Source of the DNA: Bispira polyomma
Taxonomy: Eukaryota
Length of the DNA stretch: 64,000 bases
Direction of reading: 5' to 3'
Assembly (NCBI GenBank): GCA_965649765.1
Contig: OZ287752.1
Span: 49,290,001-49,354,000 of the forward strand
Part shown: one piece after another, positions 48,299-60,200 of the stretch
How positions within the stretch are numbered: position 1 is the first letter of the stretch
How the letters are laid out: the number at the start of each line of letters is the position of its first letter
Translations under genes and position numbers: made by a program
Notes under the pieces: model-generated
What the model was told of the DNA's origin: nothing
Databases searched by the model: none
Seen by the model: the letters and a program-made list of their open reading frames with translations, nothing else

Positions 48299-51200
48299 TC
48301 ATTCTACTTCATTCCTTTCATTCAAAGGTCCACGATTGTTCTTGCTTCTGAAAAGAAAACACCTACTTGGTATGAATCAAAACTATCTGTGTTGTGACGA
48401 ACGTCTAATCAAGCGTCTGTGCAAGAAGCCAAAGACGTCTACCCATTAGAAAATTAAAGGAATCGATTATTTACCTAAAACTAATAAAATGACATGAAAC
48501 CAACCTGGTAAAGAAAACTTCTATAATCCGAACACAAAATCCTTTAATACCTGATGAAATTTAACGCAAAGTTTTTGCATCGTGCAATGTTAACAATTTA
48601 CTGCCATCTTTAGTGAATACTAACAACTGGACCGACCCGGTAAATACTACTAAATGGTAGTGTTAGTGGATGATCTTCGCGATTAATTGACTAAGTGCAA
48701 ATAGTCTCAAGTCCCAACACTAGTATTTTGTATGAACAGACAAAATGGCTGCTTTGTTTAAATTAGACTGTAGAAAATGATAACGGTCATCATTTATGTA
48801 TTTTGTATGAACAGACAAAATGGCAGCTTTGTTTAAATTAGACTGCAGAAAGTGATAATGGTCATCACAAAGAGTATCCACAGAAAGTTAAAGTGTTAAA
48901 CTTGAAAGATGCCCCCGGTCCAAAGATCAGCAAATTTAATTGATGCTTGCAGCATACATATGTTTCAATAGGTGCATTCCCAAGAGTTTCTGATACATGT
49001 AAACAGATATACAATGGTAGGTATATTTTGTATACAATTGCTACAATATTATACAGGCAAAATACAAATTTACAATGACATTTATCCAAATAACCTCAAA
49101 CTAGCCGAACAGTTATCCTCTGAAAGTGTTAACAAAGAGCATCTTCAATTTACCTGTAGTGGCCATTTTGTTTTATAAAATGAGGCCAAAATTTTAGCAG
49201 GAGGATGATATTATAGCATAAAACAGATCCTAAAAATTAGGTGAGGCTTACCGCAATAGGTACACCAATGTATCCTCTAGTAGTTGTAATTATTCATAAA
49301 GTCAAGACTCCTTCACAACATTCAAACTCATCCAATGTCAAGATCATATGTGTTGATATGCCAAATATTTCAGATGAATTACAACATTGAAGCAGAAACT
49401 TGTACAAAATTTACATTTAATCTCCAAAAACACGTTTAATGGACTTCTTTTTATGACATTCAAACTCTTACTATATCAAAGTCAATTCTTATCATTTCTG
49501 AGTTAAAAAAGCACCAGAATTTAAATCATGGCATTTTAGCAAAAGTGAAAGTTAGAAATTGTTATGGTACACCTGACTATATATTTAACCACAATTTACT
49601 GTATATTTGCTTGGCTTTGATTCAATCCCTGGTACACACCTCACTCTGCAAAGTTGTACTTTACTATACACTTATTTAGATTTGGTCCTGGTTCTAGTAC
49701 ACCTGACGTTCTGTAACTATAGTAACCCGCACTTACTTGGCTTTGTTCCTGGTTCTAGTACATCTGACTTTCTGTAACTATAGTAACCCACACTTACTTG
49801 GCTTTGCTCCTGGTTCTAGTTCTCCTGACTTTCTGTAACTATAGTAACCCACACTTACTTGGCTTTGCTCCTGGTTCTAGTACATCTGACTTTCTGTAAC
49901 TATAGTAACCCACACTTACTTGGCTTTGCTCCTGGTTCTAGTCCTCCTGACTTTCTGTAACTATAGTAACCCGCACTTACTTGGCTTTGCTCCTGGTTCT
50001 AGTTCACCTGACTTTCTGTAACTATAGTAATCCGCACTTACTTGGCTTTGCTCCTGGTTCTAGTCCTCCTGACTTTCTGTAACTATAGTAACCCGCACTT
50101 ACTTGCCTTTGCTCCTGGTTCTAGTACATCTGACTTTCTCTAACTATAGTAACCCGCACTTACTTGCTTTTGCTCCTGGTTCTAGTACACCTGACTTTCT
50201 GTAACTATAGTAATCCAGACTCACTTAGCTTTGCTCTTGGTTCTAGTACACCTGACTTTCTGTAACTATAGTAACCCGCACTTACTTGCTTTTGCTCCTG
50301 GTTCTAGTACACCTGACTTTCTGTAACTATAGTAACCCAGACTCACTTAGCTTTGCTCCAGGTTCTAGTACACCTGACGTTCTGTAACTATAGTAACTCG
50401 CACTTACTTGGCTTTGCTCCTGGTTCTAGTACACCTGACTTTCTGTAACTATAGTAACCCAGACTCACCTTGCTTTGCTCCTGGTACTCCGAGTACTGCG
50501 GCTGACTGGAGAGGGTGCCACCTCCTCATCTTCTTGTCCTGACTCCGGCAATACATCGGTTAAGTTTTTCTTGGTGGCTTCCAGACAAGACACAACTTCT
50601 GCTTTAGTTCTACGGGGTCGTGTGGACCTCCTCACTGGTGTCGGTGATGCAAAACATTCATCATTTTCCTCTTCAGCTTGTTTTTCACTGTTAACAGACA
50701 GTACAGACATTGAGAAGAATCTAAATTCTATTCAGAGGAATTTAAACCTTATTCTTTGTACAGACAGGATTTTCCTTAATGGTAATCAATGGGCTAACAA
50801 CATGTTGTTAACACTTATTCAGTTATATGAAGACATTTTTGAATGAGTTTTTTTTTTTTCTAAAAATGCTGGTAGAATAACTAGTTCTAATAGAGAATTG
50901 TGGGAAATTTTACACTTTCAGTTCAATACAGTCACATTATACAATATTTATATGACATATAAAAATGATGAAGAACTTGCAACTTTTGAAAAGTCCTTAT
51001 ATTGGTGAAATGAAACCATTACTTTTAGTGCAATTTTTAATGTAACTATATATCGAAGTTTGCTTTACAAAACAACATGAATTCTCAATGCAGCCTGCTC
51101 AGTGTATTAAAGTTTACCACCCACTGATAATGTACCGTGTAATAGCTGTGTAATTGCTGTGTAATTGTGACTGTATTTTGTCATCTAATTGTGTTTTGTT

Positions 51201-54200
51201 ATGTGTTCTATGTATTTTGTAAATAACATTACAGAAAATAAAAAGATTTCAAAAATTAAAAACACCTTTCAACATCGCTGATATAAGGGTCAAGCCAATG
51301 AAGTGTGTATTAGACTTACCTAACTATATCAGTGTCTGGCTGAGGACAAACTGTAGAGGACTTGTAGACTCTGCTTTTCCTTGTTTTAATACTCTCTGAG
51401 CTACCAGGTGTTTCCATTATAGAATGCAAAACTGACAAAAACAAACAGTGCTCATGTCAGAAAATACAAACAAATATAGGGTACTCGAAAACAGATTAAC
51501 TAAACCACTTTATCATTTGAGATTTGTTACAGTTAATCAGCGAAATCAGTCAATACAAAAAGTTTGAGTCATTTTGCGTAATGCCTTTGACCACTGATAT
51601 TCCAATGCCAACAAGAAAAAGGCTAGCATTTCATAGATTCTGGTTAGATCTGTACCACTTAGCATATTAATGTCTTCTGTCATTTATAAGTTGGATGAAT
51701 CGACATGTATCTAGTTTATTGGTTACAGCTTTACCACTTGATATTTTCAGGTCTTTTGCCATTTACAACTTGTGACATTCATTTAGTTTCGATATTTTTA
51801 GTTTTCTAAATAAAATAATGCTGCAGAATTATTAGGACAAGTCTTACTCTTTTTGCCTTTCTTTTGTTTACGTAAATCTGGTTTTCCATCTTCCAGCAAA
51901 GAAGTGTCTGCTTGATTTATTTTCTGTAAAACAAAGATTACTGATAATCTAAAATCAATGAACTTAACGTATTAAGCATATCACAACGGGCAGTTCACTG
52001 GTAGAGGAAATCAGAGCAGGGTTGGTGGTCATGGTTTTCTGCAATGCAATCCACCAGCCTTCAGCAAGTCTACAGCCAATGTTGATCACATACACACCAG
52101 GGCTGAGATTCAAACCCAAGCCTGCAGAGATGGGAGGGGAGTGTGTTACCACCACACCTTGACTACACAGATTGCATTCCCACAGATTTCTTCTTCCTGT
52201 GGGAAAGTTTCTCAGGTACTTGCCGTAGGTCAGTTTGATTATTTATATATTTAACGTCCACTCTAGTTCTCTACCTTTAATTCTGTTATATTGGGACAGA
52301 TGATTGAAATGATGGAGGAAACACTGCATACAGTTGTTCAAGGGTCTGCACTGAAACCAGCGGCCTACGATAAGGAACTACCACCTTTTGCACATAGACA
52401 TTGGCGGGAGGCGAACGCGCGACCATTCGATCTCCAGAGGCGACAGACCAGTGATTGTGAAGCTCAATGCTTGTTAACCACTAAGCTACCGCAGCCCTTT
52501 TGCCGAAGGTCGTTGGTTTACAGTGGCTTCAGCACTGCTTTCCCCATTCCCTAATCCTGGTCGTTGCAATATGACCAAAGCTGTTTGAAAGTGACATAAA
52601 ACCCAAATAGATTCAAATTTATATTAACAGATACACAAGACTTAGTGCATCTTCTCTATGATCTACCTGGGGCTCCTCAGATACACCAGCCACTGCATCT
52701 TCAGTTGTTATAGCCTCATTCCCACCCTCGGTAGCTGTACTTTGGTCCACTTCATCAGCCTGTGGCTTAGCTGGTGCGGGAGTTCCAAGCAGTCCATCTT
52801 GTTTGGCCTTTTTCAGCATCACATTTACCTTCTTCTGGAACTTTTCTAAAACTTTGGCACATTGTTTGTCCTTAACCTCCTGAAAAAAAAACCCACAAGA
52901 TACCCACTGTGCAGTACATAGTGTTGTTTTTCATAAAATTACAATTCCCTGATGAGAGATTTACTACCATTACAGTAACACTGATGTTGTCCAGCAATCT
53001 GCTAAAGGTGATAATTTCAATGTTTTGATCTCATTTTAACTTCATATTTATGCAATTCATTGAATTTCCTGTAAAAACTGTTTAGATATTTATATTTTGC
53101 TTTAAAATCCGATATATTAATAATACTTTTAAGAACCGGTACACAAATTTATACATATGTTTAGGGCGAAAAGCAAATGTAGAAAGTATTTTATGGATAT
53201 TCAACATTACTTGAGCCATACCATAGCCTACTGTTTTTCAGGAATCAAGTTGGAAACAGGGCTCCGGTCGTCACAAAAATGTACCCATTCATTGGCCACA
53301 AGTTACTCTGCATTTACTGTTAACTGATTTGAGATACTTACGTTGATCATTGACTCGGTGAGGACCTTGAAGTCTTTCAAAGCTGTCAGATTGTTTGGAC
53401 AGAGATCCAATAAGTTGAGTGTTCTACACAGAGTCCTCACATTAAAGGAATTGGGATCACTAAGGATTTCATTACAAATAGTAACTGCGATGGAGTCATG
53501 GGGACAGGTACCCTGAAAATAAAGTAACACACCTTTAAACCTTTGGTTTACCTATCAACTGCATTTAATATTTTTTCTAAAATGATAGGCTGTGCATTAC
53601 ATCTCTACGAAATGCGTAAAATTCACGTAAAACAACATAAAGTGTGGCTGTTCCATCACAATACATGGGCTGTAGGCAAAAAAATCATCTGTCTGGTACC
53701 CAATCTTAGGTAAAGGCATTATGTTACTGTAATAAAATTCAAGTTTTATCATTTTAGCATAGAAATAAAATACTTAAACTCATGCTTTATGCACATTTTA
53801 AACAATGTCTGGGGTCTTACTAATGCACACTGCCATTTCGGCTTCACGACATTAACCACTTCAATCATTTAAAATGGGGATAAACCAGCATTTAGTATGG
53901 ATGAATTAAATTGTCTGCTTGATTACTTCTGTATTAAATCATGTAAATCATATATTTGGAGTCTTCTGATTGACCATCTTTTTCAGGTTAGTAATATGTT
54001 GTAATTTTTTTTTATTGTAACCTATGCACAATGTACATGAATAAATCAATAAATACATAAACCCAATAATTTCTGATTGAAACTGTAAATATTTCAATAT
54101 GTATTCCATTACGGCGAGAAAACTAAAGAAAGCAATTCGATGATAACTACCTCAGTTGCGCCCTTATTGTCACCCTGTAAGAACTGTGCATTTGTGAGCT

Positions 54201-57200
54201 GAACAAGGAACTCGGAGACATTGTTGACATTGACTTCTGCCAGTGGGCTTGTAGCGGGAGCATTGAACAAAGTGGTGAGTGTCGGCATGAAGGCTTCCTC
54301 CACCACGGCCTGGTTAGATCTGAGTAGAGCACAAAATAACAGCAACTCCACTAGAAACTCTATTGTCCAAATATTTAATTATGTGAACAGATTTTCACTC
54401 TACCACATTTATTTCCTCTTGCCCTATTGTTTTATAAGAAAATGCCTCTTCTCTTTAAGAATCTTCCCTTATCTAAACAAGAAGTGTTGGTCTCCTAATA
54501 TCTTTGGATAATAGAGGTTCTACTGTAATAGTAATCATTTAAACATCTATATCTACAACACATTAAGCTGTTATTTTACAGTCATTTACAATAACACATT
54601 CCCTTTGCTTCTCTTCTTTCGTTATACATTCCTTAAATATTCAAAAACTAAATAAAAAGATGTTTTTTTCAGGTACATGCATGAACTTTCAAGAAAAACT
54701 CATTAGATATCACCCACGACTAAGTTTTGTCATTGCAATACATCAGAAACACAGACAATTTCCAATTATTTTATACTGATTTTTTTTATTTTACTTCTGA
54801 AGTCTCTATGGTTATATCTCTGAAGTTTCATACATTCATTTATCCTCACCTACATAAATCAAACTCAAGCATCATCAGTAAATATGGACAATTTAAAAAT
54901 CAGCAGATAGTTGGGGTTTGTGGGTCACTTTCAACGTCTTAGGTCATATTGTGATGGCAAGATTTATGGGTGGAGAAAACCAGTATTATTTGTACTCGAA
55001 TCCATTGACCATTGTTCTACTGTACCTGGCTAACATTCTCACATGATGGAAGTAGTGGGGTTTTTAACTCTACTGTCTTCAGAGGCTAAAATCATCACGC
55101 ATTTAACAGACATAATACAAACTGTATAGTATTAGCTTGCAAGATGTTAAATTGTATGCTATTATTTCAGAAAGGTTCTCTTAAATATAGGGTGCTGCGG
55201 TGGCTTAGTGGCCTCTCACCTCTGTGGATTTAATCCCACAAATTTCCTTCTTCATGTGCACTGGTTTCCTTCACCACTATCCTGGCCGTCGAAATATGAC
55301 CAATGCTGTTGAAAGCTACATAAAACCCAAATAAATTAAATTCTCTTGAATAAAATACCATACATGTATGTAAAATATTAGACCCACCTGCCAGCGAAAG
55401 CATAGATTGGAAAGAAGGTGCCGAGTCCGTGTCTGAGGTAGTTGTCATCCTCAGTGAGGGGGTTAAACCAGAGCAGTAACAGCCTAGATAGGAGTTTGTG
55501 GGACAGAACTCGCCCAGATAACATCAGCTTAGCCAGACCTTGAGCCGACACGGTCCTCACTTCAGAGCTCTGTATAAAGACACCAATACAATTAGTGTAA
55601 ACACAACCAGTACAGGGAATAGCTGACATAGAACTCTGTATAAAGACATGAACACAATTAGTGTAAACACAACTAGTACAGAGAATAGCTGGCATAGAAC
55701 TCTGTATAAAGACACCAACACAATTAGTGTAGACACAACCAGTACAGGGAATAGCTGACATAGAACTCTGTATAAAGACATGAACACAATTAGTGTAAAC
55801 ACAACTAGTACAGAGAATAGCTGGCATAGAACTCTGTATAAAGACACCAACACAATTAGTGTAGACACAACCAGTACAGAGAATAGCTGACATAGAACTC
55901 TGTATAAAGACATCAACACAATTAGTGTAAACACAACCAGTACAGAGAATAGCTAGTATAGAGCTCTGTATAAAGACATCAATACAATTAGTGTAAACAC
56001 AACCAGTACTGGGAATAGCTGACATAGAACTCTGTATAAAGACATCAACACAATTAGTGTAAACATAACCAGTACAGAGAATAGCTGACATAGAACTCTA
56101 AATAAAGACACCAACACAATTAGTGTAAACACAACCAGTACAGAGAATAGCTGACATAGAACTCTGTATAAAGACATCAACACAATTAGTGCAAGCACAA
56201 CCAGTACAGGGAATAGCTGACATAGAACTCTGTATAAAGACACCAACACAATTAGTGTAAGCACAACTAGTACAGGGAATAGCTGACATAGAACTCTGTA
56301 TAAAGACACTAACACAATTAGTGTAAACACAACCAGTACAGGGAATAGCTGACATAGAACTCTGTATAAAGACACCAACACAATTAGTGCAAGCACAACC
56401 AGTACAGGGAATAGCTGACATAGAACTCTGTATAAAGACACCAACACAATTAGTGCAAGCACAACCAGTACAGGGAATAGCTGACATAGAACTGTGTACA
56501 GAACATTAGAACTGTTAGTGTAACACCAAATATTACAGGAGATTGCATTTTTCATTTCTGATCTTACAATGGGATATAAACAATTACAATTAAATTTTGC
56601 ACATGAAAAGGCAACACAGTTAGTGTCACACCAGCAATTACAGTTGCATTTCACATTGTTTTTGTCTAAGGAATGTTAAATGTGTCATATTTTGTTACAA
56701 CAACTCCAACTAAAAAAGAAATTAATTTTCCCTGTCTTTCTACTTTCGCTATTGATAGTACATGAAAATCAGGGTTAGGGTTTTACAGTACTCCTGGGGC
56801 ACGCTATCGGTGTATACTGTTAGCTATCATATAGAGACACAGTAGACTTTTTTCCCAAATAACATTGAACAACAAGAACAAAAGAACAGAAAAAGTGCTT
56901 TTCTTTCTTTTTTTCACTCACCTCACTGTCAATGAGAGAGATCAAAACCACCAGTATACTAGTGGCTCGATTCGTTCTGTCCTTTTTCTTGTCTTTATCA
57001 GGTGCTGAAGTCCCATTTAACATGGAAGAGTCACTGGCATTACTGTCACTCAACTCTGCTGTCCTTTCAATGTCCTCGGAACCTACACAAAAAAAACACC
57101 ACAAAATTAGCCAACCATTACTAGTATTGGAAGACAGAAAATACTCAAGACCTGACTGTAAGGATGTTATGACTGAATAAAATTAAAGCCAACTTGTCAC

Positions 57201-60200
57201 CATCTCTAAATAGAGATATCTAAATGCAATATATCTTGCCTGTTACTGGAGGTAAAGAGGTTATATGAAATAAAGTTCAAATATATGCGTTCTGTCTTAA
57301 TTTATTATAAATTTCTATTTTATAGGCTGTTTTTTTTATGCATCTGATAAAACCGGAAATCGGCCTTTTTATTTGTATTTTCATTTACGTTACGGTTTGG
57401 GATGTAAACAAAGCAAAGAATGGTTGAATTCATACCATTCTCCTTTTGTTGTATCATTTTTATCAATGTACGAGTTGTCTAAAGTAGAAATAATGTAATT
57501 ATTTGATATATTTTGCTGTTTTTATATTTTGAGCTATTATTACTTCAGTTGGGGGAAGTAGCTTTTATTCTTACTTTGTTATTTTATATTTTGAGCTATT
57601 ATTCATTAAGCTGGTGTCAGTAGTTGTTCCTATTTCTGATCGGTGTCAATTAGCCGGTTAGCCTTGATTTTCCTAGCTGACCAATGTACTTAAATGGTCA
57701 TAACTTCAGGATTTATTCACTAACCTGAAACATCACTTTCTTCACCAGAGGCATCAACACCAAATGCATCTAAACCAAATGTCAGCAGTATGTCAAAAAT
57801 GATCTTAAGTGCAGAGACCTTCACCACCTCAACATCAAGCTGAGAAACCTGAAACAAGTCAGACAGTAGGCTGGTCAACCTTATGAACCATTGTCGTAAA
57901 TGTCGTAATGCAATGCAATGCCAATATTATTGTGTTTGCCCACTAGCAATTTTTAATGCAAATCAAGTTTTATTAAAGGTTTGCTCTGATGAGTGTAAAA
58001 CTACCTGACCAGCTATACCACCACAGAAGGGTAAAAAAGTCTAAAAAAATTTAAATCATATAACTCAAAATTTATTTACAATTTATATATCCAACAGTGG
58101 GAGTTATATTATTAACCTTAATTGAATTATGGCAATATCTTAATTTTAAAACAAAACAACTATACGTTTCCTTTTTGCAGTTCTATTAAACAAAAAGAAA
58201 AGTATCATTCACACCGAGGAGGGCAGCATTGCTGATCACTCACTTGCATAAAGAGTAAGAGGTGAGCCCTGGCTGTTTCCTTGTCTAGTAAACAACACAG
58301 CCCCAATGCCGTCACAGCCACATTCCTTACTGCAGGCTCAGCATTCGTCACACCAGGCAGGATCTAGGAGAGAATACACATAGCTTAACATGACATACAT
58401 GACACTGCATTACAAAAATAGATCTATTCAACTCTTACAATAATTCAGCCAACAACACTAATTATATATTAGACAATTCACAAATAAACTGTCAGAATGG
58501 ACACCCATATATTTAAATTAAAACTCGTTCAGTGAACCTAAGGTACAAGATAAAATGTGGGGTTTTTTATTACCAGAGTTTCTACCAAGGCTTGAAGTGC
58601 AGGTTTTAGGCCTCTCATGTTGAAAAACAACATCATTTCTTTGGAGATGGTACAGCATTTGAGTAATGTGGTAGCATCATTCTAAACAACAAAAATTGAA
58701 ATATTGACAAAAAGTACTCACAAATAAGATAAATATATAAAATGATGCATCACATTATAAAAGGAAACCACATCAAAGTTTGCACTAGTGTAAAGCACAC
58801 AGAAATGTAATACAGTATAACATATGTTCCAGACGTTTTGAGAATTCAAGATTTTGTTCAGATAATAGAAGGTTCACAAAATAAAAAGAGGCATTTAAAA
58901 AAATAGGAAATTGTAACTTTGGAAAAGTGTGTTTATTAAAATAGAATTTTTGGATAATATAAGCATCACATTATAAAAGGAAACCACATCAAAGTTTGCA
59001 CTAGTGTAAAGCACACAGAAATGTAATACAGTATAACATATGTTCCAGACGTTTTGAGAATTCAAGATTTTGTTCAGATAATAGAAGGTTCACAAAATAA
59101 AAAGAGGCATTTAAAAAAATAGGAAATTGTAACTTTGGAAAAGTGTGTTTATTAAAATAGAATTTTTGGATAATATAAGTTTGATAATAAAGGTTCCACT
59201 GTAATCGGAAAACTATTTAATCATGCTCTCACCTTTTCTGTCCTGATCTCCTGTGATTGTGGAAGGGTTTCATTCATCAACTGTATCTTTGATTCCTCCA
59301 GCTCACCCACGTTTTCTTTAATAGTAGCAGCGCGGGCAAAGTCCTGCTTCTGTATGCAGTCTTCAAGTTCATCACGTAACTGGTTCAGTTGTACACGAAC
59401 ACCTGCCAACTTTGGCAAAATACAAGATGGTCATTCGATGACAGAAGACAATGACACTATTTTATACCTCTGCTTCATTAGAAGCATCGGGTGTATCTGT
59501 TCGTCTGTGTGTAAATAAAATTCAGAGACAAAAAAATCCCAAAGTACAAAAGATAGGATTACTGAGCAAATTCTCTCGCAGAGTAACACTTAACAGGTAC
59601 ACCCTTTGCTTCTGATGAAGCAGAGTGGTACTGGAAACAACCGATGTATCCCTTGTTTCACCACTGGATGGCTGTACAGTAGCAATCAATTAGATATTAG
59701 ATAACAGGAAGTAAATGAGCCGAGTATAAATATATGAATACAACACTAGTATATAAGCCCTCTACCTTAAGTTCAATCTGCTAATGCTTATCTTAAGAGG
59801 TCAATCTGCTGTTTACATTGAGGTCAGTCTGCTAATGTTTACGTTGAGGTCAATCTGCTAATGCTTACCTGGAGGTCTATCTCCTAATGTTAACCTTATG
59901 GTCAATCTGCTGATGCTTACCTTGAGGTCAATCTGCTAATGTTAACCTTGAGGTTAATCTTCTAATTTTTACCTTAAGGTCAATCTGCCTGCGTTCATCT
60001 GCACTCTTGTCAGTGGTAACTGTAGTGATAGGGACTCTAATATCAGAGATAATTTCTGCCAGCTGTTCCAGCCTCTGCTCTTGGTCCACCACCAGCTTGC
60101 TGTAGAGTTCTATCAGAGGTTGTACCAGAGTGTGAGTCACCTCCTCATTTAACAGCATCAACCTCAGCAGCTGAAGTACTTGCTTCCTGTAAAAAAACAA

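Noticed and set aside
49714-49740. Homing-endonuclease (I-CeuI-like) site TAACTATA in the repeat
   Set aside because: Only the first 8 nt match and there is no rRNA context.
49681-50487. Possible CRISPR array
   Set aside because: Units are contiguous near-identical repeats with no unique spacers, no cas genes, and a eukaryotic intron context.
55378-56654. Four long - strand ORFs (Cys-rich and Leu/Val-rich) as independent genes
   Set aside because: Produced by a stop-poor 66-bp repeat; only 55388-55569 matches NCAPG.
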